A DNA stretch of 63,976 nt, the filler included, from Hyphochytrium catenoides (taxonomy: Eukaryota > Protista > Hyphochytriomycota): the NCBI GenBank assembly GCA_900088475.1. It is 8 parts of 8 records of this genome, joined end to end, with 100 filler letters (N's around TTAATTAATTAA, not from the genome) between each part and the next. Parts side by side here need not be neighbours in the genome. Positions count along the whole stretch, not along the records: positions 31,609 to 38,192 come from FLMG01000708.1; positions 38,293 to 42,840 come from FLMG01003440.1; positions 42,941 to 59,279 come from FLMG01001006.1; 5 more parts are not named here. One strand, written 5' to 3'. The translations under genes were made by a program, and so were the position numbers. Below, piece by piece: positions 33,792-44,769 of this stretch (position 1 is the stretch's first letter; every line of letters begins with the position of its first letter). Under the pieces are notes generated by a model. It ran no database searches, was not told the DNA's origin, and was given only the letters and a program-made list of their open reading frames with translations.

Positions 33792-34715
33792 ATGCGGGAA
33801 GAGTGTTGAATGTTGAGCTTCGACGCTTCACTCAAGAGGGTTCGAGCTGCGGGGAGGTTTTGGAGTCCGAGGGCACAACTATGTAAACTACAATTTGGCA
33901 AGCTTAGCTATCCAAGTTCCAGCTCGAAACTCCCAGTAGGAGCCGATATATCAAGTAAACGAACTGTCCCTGTTTATATCTGTGGCCTTATGCTCAATAC
34001 CCCGGAATACCTTTAGGATTGACTGTTCTAGAATAGGATATCTCTATGACAGAATATCTTAGGTTTTATGAGGAATATTTGGTAATGTCAGAGTAGCTCT
34101 AGATTGTGGGACCCCAGTCGAGCTTATAAGTAGTGCACTCTCATCTAATTTCATTGTCCAATCATCCCATACAAATCAACACAATTTTGACGAGGTCAAC
34201 TTATTTGTAAAATAACCCTGATAGGATAGTTTGGGTGAAACTCTTGTAAGAAGCCCGCGAACAGTAATTTCATGGAGGTCCTACGTTCAAAGCCAGGACG
34301 AGTCCAATTGCGTATTGAAACCATCGGACAACACCCTACCCATAAAGATGTTCACTGCACTACTCATAGGGGTGCTACAACATAGAAGTGTCGGAAGGCC
34401 GATCCATCAGAATGCGACGCCGGAATCCAGGCTTTCTACGGAGTAATTAATCTCCAGACGTCCCCTCGGTCTTTGGAGTCCTCCCCCTGGACATCGTTGG
34501 TGTGACATTGAAAAAGGGAGTTCTGTGAGTGGCTCGTTCGGACAGAGCGGGAATTCCACAAATCATAGTCGTGGGTGGCGTTTCAAAAAGTTGCGTTACC
34601 GGTCGAATCAGTGAATGTTTCAATTTAGCGTAATAGTTGAAGACATGTGAAAACTTCATCATCAGGACTCACGTGTGGTGTTAGGTGTCCGTAGGAAATG
34701 TGAGTATTTGATGGG

Positions 34716-34722
34716 AAAAAAA
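34716..34722 (-). terminator. RNA polymerase III oligo-T terminator of tRNA-Lys
   Basis: A run of 7 T on the minus strand begins 3 nt after the discriminator base. Confidence 0.75.
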
Positions 34723-34725
34723 GAT

Positions 34726-34798
34726 CACCGTTGCGGGGGCTCGAACCCCGGACCACCAGCTTAAAAGGCTGGCGCTCTACCGACTGAGCTACACCGGT
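34726..34798 (-). tRNA. trnK: tRNA-Lys (anticodon UUU), intronless, 73 nt
   Basis: ACCGGTG TA GCTC AGTCGGTA GAGC G CCAGC CTTTTAA GCTGG TGGTC CGGGG TTCGAGC CCCCG CAACGGT G folds as a cloverleaf, with intact A box and B box. Confidence 0.93.
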
Positions 34799-35866
34799 TA
34801 TGACTATAAATTTTTTGATGAGCAGTACTATATTACCTTCGCTGTTGTGATCTACTAGTACCAAAACACCGGGATAGTGTTAGGGCGGAAGCATGAGGAA
34901 CATCGAGCTTCTAGGTCTTGGATAGAGGTTTAGTTTACTCGCATTAGAAAAGGTTCGGAGCTACACTTATAAGCGCCACTTAGGGTTAGGTAAATAGTGT
35001 TTATAGGGTTATCATGTATGCCCTAACGTTCTAGGTTTGAACGGCTGGAGTCGCAAATTTCTCCCCTCTCCTTTTTCTTCTTCTCGTCCTCTATGATGTC
35101 TCCTTCTTCCGCCTCTCCCAGCAGCCGTCCGTGATGGTGAGGAAGAAGGACTGCAGTAGTGCCACCTGCGCAGCTCTATTTCATTATTCCTCTTGGCCTA
35201 GAAGATTATCAACGAAGGGGGGACTGGCTACTACGGCGGCATGCTTGCACTGCTTCCTTGTTGGCCGGTTTGCCGCCGCCGCCGCTTCGTTTTTCATGTT
35301 GTGTTAGTAGTGGCTGTTGGGTGCTTGCGATATGATTTTTTTTCTTTCTTTCCAGCGTCCTCGCCATCATCTCAGAATAAGAGAAAAGCGACCGCCAGAA
35401 GAGACCATTATTTAGGAAAGAGTCAATTAAATAAAGTCAAACATGGACACAAGGTTGTTAAGAGTGATTAACAGTTATAAATCTGTAGTGCTTGATAGGG
35501 AGGTGCTGCGAAAACTGAGCGCCTTCGAATGAACAGAAGTGAAAAGTGGAAGTCACCCTGCACTTTTCCTATAAAGATAATAGGGACCAAAGGGAGGAGG
35601 ATATGGCAGACAGATAAGGGCAAAGAAGTACCAAGCCGACGTCAAGTGAACACCAGGAGGTCAGAGTTAGAGGATAAATAGGGCGAGGAGATAAGAAACT
35701 CCGTTTTATTGTTTAGACTACTAGCGGGGGGTGAGCAACCTCTCCTCCCGCGGTGTGCACAGAAGGAGGGTGGAGGAACGGATCCGGGGGAGGCGGAACT
35801 CCAAAACTTGCGGCTCGGCTTGTGCCCGCAGTTACGTGCTCTTTGTTATAATGTTAGCAGTTCTGG

Positions 35867-37927
35867 TCATAGGTCAATCTCCTCAATGCGGCCCGCTGGC
35901 GCCCCGCCCTCAAGGTTCTCCTCGTCTTCTACCCCACCACCGCCTCTGCCGTATCCCCTTCTTCCTCCTCCTCCGTCGCTTCCCGTGTCTGAGTAAGAGA
36001 GAGCGGCGCCGCACCTGTGACAGAAGAAGGAGGAGACGGGCGCAGAAGAGAAAAAGGGAGATGGACTCCCAGAGCTCTCTGCGCCGCAGTGGGGACAAAC
36101 ATTTGGAAGGGAGGACGAGGGCGCCTGGGCAAGGAAAGGCAAAGGCTGAGCGCCATGTAGGGATCTCTCTGCGCGGTCACTCCTTCCCTGGGACAGAGCT
36201 CCAATCTCTGCCTCGTCAGTTTCTTCTTCTGGGTCCACTCTGAAGCTCCTCCCTACCGAGGAAGAGGCTCCCACCAGCTCCTCTCCCTCTTCCTCAAGAT
36301 CCTCCTCTTCTGTCCTGACACCTGCAGACGAAGAGATCTGGAAAGAAACAAATGAAGGCTCCTCGTCTTCCGCAGGAACAGCAACTTCTCCCTTCCTCTC
36401 CTCTTTCTCCTTCTTGGAGACCGCAGCTACCATAATAATTGGCATTGCTGCTGCCTCTCTTCCTCCACTACTTCCTCCTGGAGGAGCGATATAGAAGCGC
36501 GAGACGAGGGGAGACGAGGAGGAAGAGAGAGGAGGAAGAGCCGGTCCTGCTGCTCCCCCTCTCCCTTCTCTATCGGCTATCTGCGCGGCCCCAGCCAGGC
36601 CCTGCAGCTGCAGAAAGGGAGAGGGTTCGCTCTCTCTGGGCCAGGAGATGTCGGAGAGATTGTCTCTCCCTCTTCGGACCTCCTCATCTTCCTCTTTCGT
36701 CTCTTCTTCATCTCCTCTGTGGTCCCTTGAGGCCCAAGAGCTCTCTTCTCTCTCTCTTGCCGGGGCAAAAGGACCAGGAACGAGGAAAGGAGATGCTGCA
36801 GCGCTAGCTCTGGGAAGAAAAGAAGCGGTCTGTATATTTCCTCCTTCCTCTCTTCCTCTCCTCACACCCTCTCCTCTATCCTGGAGCATGCCCTGAGCCC
36901 AGGCGCTGCTCCGTATCACTTCGCCTCGTCCTGTACTCTCTCTCCCCCCCAGCCCTCCCTCAGCAGCAGCCAGCTGGAAGGGAGCATGGGAGGGAGGAGG
37001 AGACGGGCCTGTCGCTTCGGTAGAAGACACAGGAGGAGGAAAGTAACCTCCCGCCCTTTCTTCTCCTCTCTCTCCTCTTCCTTCCATCAGTGTCGCCGAT
37101 GGTTCCTTGTCCATCGAGTCGCTGGGTGGCCTCCGTCTCCTATAGATAAACACAGCAAACGCGAGCAGGAAGAGCAATCCGAGGAGGCCGCCCAGCACGA
37201 TGAAGACGATCGCTGTGGGGCTCAAAGCTGTTCCCTTCCCGCTGCTTTTGTCTCCCAGCGCCAAAGGATCTTTCTGAGAAGTTGGAGCGTGAGTAGTAGG
37301 GGAGAGAGAAGAAGGAGCAGCAGTCTTATCCGTCTCTTCTTTCAGAACCTGCGAGGCTGCTTCCTTGCAGCTCTTCTGCCCCTGAGAGAGAGAGGAAGCC
37401 GCCCCAGCAGCGCCACTGAGAGCCGCGTTGAGGCTTCCAATGAGTGCACCGCTATAACACTCGCAGAAGGTCTCTGTCACCTTTTGCGAAGCAGATGGAG
37501 AGAGAGAGGGAGGAAGAGAGAGCGAGCTCTCTCCCTCTAGGTTTGCCTTGCACAGGGGCAGATACTGCGATGTCGCACAAGCTTGGACCGTGGCCTGGAC
37601 CCCTACTAAGGATTTTTGATCTTTGGTGACACAGTCACACATGTCCAGAATAAAGCTCTGAAAGTATGGCTGGGTTTGAGAAAATGACTCTCTGAGGGTC
37701 TCGAAGCAGCTCTCGTAAGGGAAGTCCGGGGGCGAGAGAGAAGGCGGCGCCGAGGGAGAGAGAAGGGGAAAGGAAAAAGGAGGAGAGGGAGCAAAAGCAG
37801 AGGTAGGCGGAGGAGGGGGGAAGAAAGGTGAGGGAGTGGGAGGAAGGACGCCAGGTTCCTGCTGCTGGAAGGAGGGAGGAGAGGGAGGCGGATATGCAGG
37901 ACGGGAGAAGGCTAGGAATGGCGTCAT
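35867..37927 (-). CDS. Single-pass membrane protein: Pro-rich N-terminus, Cys-rich extracellular module, TM helix, disordered tail, C-terminal zinc-ribbon-like motif
   Basis: 686-aa ORF. TM segment AIVFIVLGGLLGLLFLLAFAVFIY is followed by RRRR stop-transfer. A cysteine cluster lies at ~aa 74-208, and CPHCG...FCHRCG is near the C-terminus. An upstream signal-peptide exon may be missing. Confidence 0.65.
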   Translation of the reverse strand: MTPFLAFSRPAYPPPSPPSFQQQEPGVLPPTPSPFFPPPPPTSAFAPSPPFSFPLLSPSAPPSLSPPDFPYESCFETLRESFSQTQPYFQSFILDMCDCVTKDQKSLVGVQATVQACATSQYLPLCKANLEGESSLSLPPSLSPSASQKVTETFCECYSGALIGSLNAALSGAAGAASSLSQGQKSCKEAASQVLKEETDKTAAPSSLSPTTHAPTSQKDPLALGDKSSGKGTALSPTAIVFIVLGGLLGLLFLLAFAVFIYRRRRPPSDSMDKEPSATLMEGRGERGEERAGGYFPPPVSSTEATGPSPPPSHAPFQLAAAEGGLGGRESTGRGEVIRSSAWAQGMLQDRGEGVRRGREEGGNIQTASFLPRASAAASPFLVPGPFAPAREREESSWASRDHRGDEEETKEEDEEVRRGRDNLSDISWPRESEPSPFLQLQGLAGAAQIADREGRGGAAGPALPPLSSSSSPLVSRFYIAPPGGSSGGREAAAMPIIMVAAVSKKEKEERKGEVAVPAEDEEPSFVSFQISSSAGVRTEEEDLEEEGEELVGASSSVGRSFRVDPEEETDEAEIGALSQGRSDRAERSLHGAQPLPFLAQAPSSSLPNVCPHCGAESSGSPSPFFSSAPVSSFFCHRCGAALSYSDTGSDGGGGRRGYGRGGGGVEDEENLEGGAPAGRIEEIDL

Positions 37928-38759
37928 CTTGGGATGAAAGTCGCGTCTCGGCTGGGTGTCTCTTCGCTCTACTCAGCCAGGAGCGGGCCTAGGGTGACCG
38001 AAGACAGACAGAGAGGGCGACAGAGGTTGATGGCAGGGGTACGTCGAGAAAGAGAGAGATTTTGAGGAGGAACAAAATAGAAGAGAGAAGACGAGAGACT
38101 GTCAGTCTTGTGCCTGGTTCTGATACTACCGATGGCGGTGGCTCCTATTAGTAGAGGTGGCGCAAGAGGAGGAAGAAGACAGGTAGAGGCAGNNNNNNNN
38201 NNNNNNNNNNNNNNNNNNNNNNNNNNNNNNNNNNNNTTAATTAATTAANNNNNNNNNNNNNNNNNNNNNNNNNNNNNNNNNNNNNNNNNNNNGCGCTTGT
38301 ATGATAGGCAGCAAGCTTACTGCTAATGATGCTGTTCCCGACGCCTGATGAGCGATCAGCTATTGACAAGAATCGTCTTGCGGGTGCCGCCGCTCTCGGC
38401 AGGTGGCGACAGCTAAAATGGCAACAGCAGCACCTCAGTGTTTTCTACTTTTGGACGGGCCCTTCGCCAGAAGAAGAAGCAAGCAGAAGCAGCAACAGCG
38501 GCGGCAACGACTAACCTAGCCCCAATCAATGTTAGAGCACTGATCGTCTGAGCACAGTGAGGGAGCCGGAGAAGAAGATGCCGGAAGCCCGAGCAGCTCT
38601 TCTGGTTCCTATTATTATCACACAGCGCAGTTGCTATTCCTCGTCGTCCCACCAGCCGCCCGGGGAGCAAGAGGAGTGAGGTGGCAACAACAACAAAATT
38701 CGAACAATCCCTTCTTGGAGGAGGAGCTGGTCGTCGGCAGCCAACCAACTCCCTCTAGC

Positions 38760-39115
38760 AGAGGGACGACAGCGGGCAGGCAGAAGCAGCAGCGAGCAAG
38801 CAGCAGCTAGTAGCAGGCAGCCCCACACAGCTACCAGCAGGAGCAGCAGCTATTATTAGGTAGGCACGCAGCAGCAGCAGCAGCTAGTAACAGGCAACAG
38901 CTAGTAGCACCACGCAGCAGGCACCCACGACGCAAGCAGCAAGCAGCAGCGAGCATCAGGCAGCAGCAGTAGGAGGAGGCAGCAGCAGCCCGCAGGGTCA
39001 ATAGCAGCCCTATTATGATGAGAGGATCATCAGCCAAGAAGATGATGATCGTCGTAGTAGACTGAGTCCCGCCGCCTGTCAGCAGCAGTGATGAGCAGCC
39101 AGCAGCCAAGCAAGA
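38760..39115. repeat. Degenerate (GCA)n-based low-complexity repeat
   Basis: Repeated GCAGCAGCTAGTAGCAGGCA-type units with frequent stop codons. Confidence 0.7.
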
Positions 39116-40159
39116 GGAACATCCATCGATCGAACATCCATCATCACGAGGAAGAAGAGAAGTCTTCTTTCCTTCCTTGAGGCCCCGCCGCCAAAGCTTC
39201 GTCTAGTGTGCGGGTAGCGCTAAACCCCAGATCGAGATACAAGGGGCACGCTAAATTTAGAACCGCAGAGTCCCCCCCACTTGACCCCCCGAAGTCTTCC
39301 TTTACAAGCCAGTAATAATGGGACACCCAAACTGCCCACAGGCCTAAATGCCCTAATATTCGTTCCGTACATAACAATTTTGCGGGTGTCATAGTAAGAA
39401 GGGTACGAGGTGTCAATCTGAAGCCATTAGAGGGCCATTGTTTTGGTGATGGGTTAGTACAAACTCTTGATTCGGGCAAATCTCGGGTGTTTTCGGTGGT
39501 GGGGGGCAATAGATTAGTGTACGCATGTAGGCCTGCGCTAGACTTTACGCTATTTCGCCAGTTGTGAGACCTGTGATTGGCTGATGAGAGGGCCACCTCA
39601 AATAATAACAAAAATAGGAAAGTAGGAAGGTTGCATGGTCTTTCTTTTTCGCTAATCATCTACATCCTTTCTTTCTTCTTCTTCTTCTTCTAATGATGAT
39701 GATGATGGAAGGAGGAGAAGAAGAGGAGACGAATAAGAATGAGGAGACTTCTTCTTTCTTGCTGCCGCGCATGTAGCTCTTGGCGCCATCACCACCGACA
39801 GGACGCGAGGCTGCTGGCGGCATCCGCTGTACGATGGAGTAGTAGATCCGCAGAAGAGTAAGAAGGGATCTTCTTCTATTAGTGGCTGCTTAGAGGAGAG
39901 AGATGACGAAGGAGGAGAACGCGGTCTTTCTTCTGGTCCAGGTAAGTCCGCCGTTATTTACCAGTAAGCAGCACTAGCAGTCATCAACGTCGTCGTCCTT
40001 CTCCTCCCTGATGCTAGCATCACGCCACCGCTGCGGCTGCAGCACCAGTACAGCACGATGCTTTGTTGTTGGTTTCGATTCTTCATACATTCCGCCGTTG
40101 GCCACCAGGCGACGAGTAACTTCTGCTGCTGCAACTACGTATTATACTACCTCCGAGTA

Positions 40160-40241
40160 CGGCACCGGCCGGCCGGGGCGACAATAAGAAGCCGGCAGCG
40201 GCCGGCCGGGGCGACACTAATAAGTCGGCAGCGGACAATAA
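40160..40241 (+). repeat. 33-bp GC-rich tandem repeat (2 copies plus a partial)
   Basis: CGGCA(C/G)CGGCCGGCCGGGGCGACA... twice, followed by CGGCAGCGGACAATAA. Confidence 0.8.
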
Positions 40242-41798
40242 AATATTTCTCCCTCATGAGCCATTCCGTCCGTTGCTCGGAAAAGAGTGGGAGGCTGCCG
40301 CTGCCGCCGCCTTTTGTTTTCCTATGTCTCTTCGCTAATCCATACAACAACCACTACCACCACCAAATTGTAGGAGACCAGTAGAACTAATCTCCTCTAT
40401 ATCGATTGCAACCTTGGCAGAATCTTCGTCTGAAAGCCAAGAGAACAACCGCGGCGGAGTGAGAATAATGTACTTGGTGCTGCTGGCAGGAGAAGAGCAT
40501 TAGGTTGTTGTCGTCCTGCCGCAGGCTGCTTTATCGTCGTATTAGCAGTAAAAGACGATCAACATCTTCTACCATTTATGACGCTAACTGGTATGGATGT
40601 GACAACAATAGGACACACTCCTTCTCCCTCCTCCGCCTCCTTCCTCTCCTTGCACTAAGCATACTAGCAGAACGTGACATGCAGGGAGGAGGAAGCTAAC
40701 GACTAAAAGCAAAGCACACCAGTGCTTCTCTTCTCTCTCATCATGTTGTCAACGACAAACACTCATTTGGACCTTGTTCTAAGCAACTAACCACAAGGAC
40801 AACTCTCCTCATTGGGCGCTGGGTCCCTGCTCGCTTCCTCCTCAGGTAGTCATTATGGCCCGTTTGTTGCTGATATGGATTGCATAATATATACATCAAT
40901 GCTTAAGCGCCACATGATGATCAACCATCTGCGGACACGTCGTCCTTCGCCGCCAACAGTGCTAGTTGATTATGAGGCATGTGCACAGTCACCGCCATCA
41001 ACAATCTCAGAAGCCGGAGTGATGAACAGAGCAGAAGTTGCAGGACCCCAGACAACAACAACAACCAACGTCGTATCCTACTACTAGTGCATCATCTGGA
41101 TCATGGCGGTTGAATGTGCAAAGATTCCAATAAGGTGAACGTCCTCGCTGCTGATGGTGCCACAGGCGCAGCAGCAGGTCTACAGAAGAACAGCGGTATC
41201 CGCCGATGAGACATCTGATGCTCCAATGACGACAAGACTAGGAGGAGAAAGAGACCGTTAAAGGAGAGAAACAAGAATAACGAGCCGTCTTCGATAATGC
41301 TGATGCTCAAAATCACCATCACAATGATGATGATGAACACGCATCATCAGAGAAATTCTTCTACCTTCTCTTCGCTGAGGACCACCATCCTCCTTCAAGC
41401 ATCTAGCAGCTAGACAGGCAGCGAGAAGGCAGGTTGAAGTTGCTTCGAGACGGACGGAGGACGGGGAGCCACTGCCTCGTCCTGCTGGTGCAGCAGCCTG
41501 CAGAGAAGAGAGAGAGAGAGAAGGATGATGAGTGCTTCTTGGGAAACATAAAGCTTCTGACGACGGACGGACGGGGGAGGATGGAGGAGGCAGTAGCTAT
41601 CCAGAATCCTCCTTCCCTTGATCTTTGGCTTGACGGAATGGTACGAGTACGACTGTACTGTACAGTACTGTACAGTAGGGAAAATGTGAGGGTGTACCGC
41701 TAACGGCTAATGGCTAATACTCATTCTGGATCAGCACGATCGGATGCAGTTATCATCCACTCCAAGCTTGAATGAGGTCTGATTCTGATGTTGGTCTC

Positions 41799-41833
<35 letters not shown>

Positions 41834-41865
41834 TTCTCCCCCTCTCTCTTTTTCCCTCTTTCTCT

Positions 41866-41896
<31 letters not shown>

Positions 41897-42175
41897 GGTT
41901 CAAGACTTCCCTTAGCAACCTCTTCTCTGCCTGTGAGTTTTGCGTACTCTCTTTCTCTCTCTCTTCGTCACTTCGTTGCTGTTGTCGTCCTCGTCTCCAA
42001 CCCACCCCAGACCCTTTCTTTTTCCCGACTCGGTGTGTCTCTCTCTCTTGTTGAGCTCTATCATCAGCTCTTCTTTCTGAAGAGAAACAGGGGAGAGAGA
42101 GGGAGACATCAGTAGCGCTACTCTCGAAGAAACGAAGAGAGAGAGAGAGAGAGAGAACCGTCCGTGGGAGACAGG

Positions 42176-42293
42176 ATGAAGGTCATTCTTACGGCTGACG
42201 GAGAGGAATTTGAGGTGGACGCTGAAGAAGTGAAGACCTCGAGTGTGCTCCTGGCCTCTCTGGTCGAGGATGGAGACCATGACGAGGGAAGCG
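42176..42293 (+). CDS. First exon of a Skp1/Elongin-C POZ-like protein (remainder lost at contig end)
   Basis: MKVILTADGEEFEVDAEEVKTSSVLLASLVEDG resembles the Skp1 N-terminus (L.S.DGE.FEV.....S..I..M.ED). It ends at a strong G|GTAAGT donor followed by a CT-rich intron. Confidence 0.6.
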
Positions 42294-42391
42294 GTAAGTT
42301 GTGCTCTTGTCTCTCTCTTTCTCTCTCTCTCTCTCTGTTGCTCTCTCTCTCTCTGTTGCGGATTATTGTTTCTTCCTCGTCTCCTGGTTAG

Positions 42392-42430
<39 letters not shown>

Positions 42431-42940
42431 GCTCTCTCTCTCTCTGTTGCGGATCATTGTTTCTTTCTCGTCTCCTGGTTAGCCTTCTCTCTCTCTCTCT
42501 CTTGGTCTTACTCCTCTTTCTCTTCCTGCCGGATTTACAGAGCGATCTAACTTCTTTGGCCCTGCTGCCTTCTTTCTTCTCTCGTTTGCGCTCCCCACCT
42601 TGTGCTGCTCTGGCTCTTCTCTCTCTCTCTCTCTCTCTCTCGCTCTCTCTCTTCTCGATGCTTTTCTCAATTCCTCTGCTTCCTTTACTGCCTCTTTCTC
42701 CTTGGCTCCACTTCTCTTCTACCTCGGTGTCACTCGACTCTCTCCTGGTCTTCGCAAAACTTCTCTCTCCCCTTCTCTCTCTTTCTCGTCCTCTCCCTCC
42801 ACTCCTTCCCTCTCTGGCTCTCTCTCTCTCTCTCTCTCTCNNNNNNNNNNNNNNNNNNNNNNNNNNNNNNNNNNNNNNNNNNNNTTAATTAATTAANNNN
42901 NNNNNNNNNNNNNNNNNNNNNNNNNNNNNNNNNNNNNNNN

Positions 42941-44507
42941 CCAGAGAGTGGGGAAGTTTGATCATCCCTATCCTGCCACCAAAGTTATGTGGAACCCCGA
43001 CACATCTCCGTCCGGCAGGGATCTTCTGGCAACTACTGGAGACTATCTACGTCTTTGGAATGTTTCGGATAGCGGAATCGTAATGGACGCTTTGCTAAAC
43101 AATGTAAGCGTAATGACCCGGTGCTTTACATCTGTTTCGTGGCCGGCTAATGACACAATTCCACGGGTGGCAGAACAAAAGCAGCGAATACTGCGCTCCG
43201 CTGACTTCCTTTGATTGGAACGAGACCGACCCTAGCGTGTTGGGGACCTCGAGCATTGATACGACCTGCACTATCTGGGACCTTAATGTAAAGTTCTAAC
43301 GTTTGTGCCTCACGATTTGGTCAGACAACAGCAGTTCTACGCCATTCAGTCTGTTCACCAGACGCTTCACTCTCCACGATTACTTTGCAGCTCTTGGTTT
43401 CTAACGCGACCTCTTCAATGATACTGGTAACGCGTAGTTTAACTTGACCTTTGTTTACTCTCGTCGTTCTATCCTACCGACCCCACTGCACCGACCGGAT
43501 GCCGTCTCAGACAATGCAAGTGCGGACGCAGCTAATAGCACACGACACTGAAGTCTATGACATCACATTTGCACGAGGGAGGGATGTCTTTGCCTCAGTC
43601 GGGAGGGATGGTTCTGTGAGAATGTTTGATCTCAGGTAACATGAGATCGGACCGATTAGCCGCGTTTCTCTTTTGTTACACATGTAGTCGGCAGTGGCTT
43701 GACCGAGTTTCTTCTTCCATAGGAACCTCGAGCACTCAACCATTATCTATGAGTCCTCGGATCTTAACCCACTCCTTCGGTTGACATGGAATAAGCAAGA
43801 TCCCAACTACCTGGCAACATTCATGGCTGAAAGCACCAAAACGATTATCTTAGACATAAGGTAAAGCTCGTTGGTTCTTGATCTTGGGCATCCCTGTCAA
43901 TTGACGGCTTTCCTGATGATGCCATCAGCCTCCTTCGTTGATGACTCTCTTCTGGACCTCGTCCTGCGTAATACCTAGCCCATAACTCTCATGACTGACT
44001 TGATGTCCCACACTAACCTTCTACTATTTGGGTGGTCCTGCTATCATCTTGGATTCAGGGTGCCATCGTTGCCCGTAGCGGAACTGGAAGGGCATCAAAG
44101 TAGTATAAACAGTGTAGTCTGGGCTCCACACTCATCTACCCATCTATGTACTGCTGGAGATGACTGTCAAGCGCTTATCTGGGACCTCTCGAATCTTCCC
44201 AGACCAGTTGAAGGTATACGTCGCCTCAACATATCCTAAATCCTCAAAGTACCTTTTTTTCGTTCTTAGTGGGCTAATTGACAGAAGAGGGGTAACAATG
44301 AAAGTCTCCTGCGCTTCTATCGCCTTCATTTCCTTTCCTTTTATTTGTCCTCTCAAGATGTTGTACACTGACTGTGGTTCTGCCTTTCCAGACCCTATTT
44401 TAGCCTACACCGCAGAAGCAGAGATTAACAACCTCCAATGGTCGTCCGCTCATCCGGACTGGGTCGCAATAGCTTTTGAGAACAGAATGCAAGTCCTAAG
44501 AGTTTGA
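42941..44507 (+). CDS. DCAF7: DDB1- and CUL4-associated factor 7 / WDR68 / AN11 / TTG1 WD40 protein, multi-exon, 5'-truncated
   Basis: [124 protein letters not shown] and [16 protein letters not shown]...PDWVAIAF...QVLRV. Confidence 0.96.
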
Positions 44508-44769
44508 TAGAGGTACTATAAGGAAGGCACAATGGAATGTTGACAGCGGACCGCACAATAAATTATCTTACTACGGCAAAACGAAGCGGCATCAATAGAC
44601 GCCGGAATCATCGAAGCAAGTTAATGATGACAGAAGAAGAGGATCCGGCTGCCTATTGGTATTGGAACCATCATTTCAGAATCAGTGCAACAGCAATCGC
44701 TCATATAGCAAACACACTCCAAGCTTGACGGTAGCTGGGGGTCACAGGTACGGCCTTATGCCGGGGATT

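Noticed and set aside
34980-35030. TTAGGG-like telomeric motifs
   Set aside because: Only one or two scattered units, internal to a contig; not an array.
41656-41677. 22-bp perfect palindrome TACTGTACAGTACTGTACAGTA
   Set aside because: It arises from a self-complementary low-complexity (TACTG/TACAG) repeat, with no associated element ends found.
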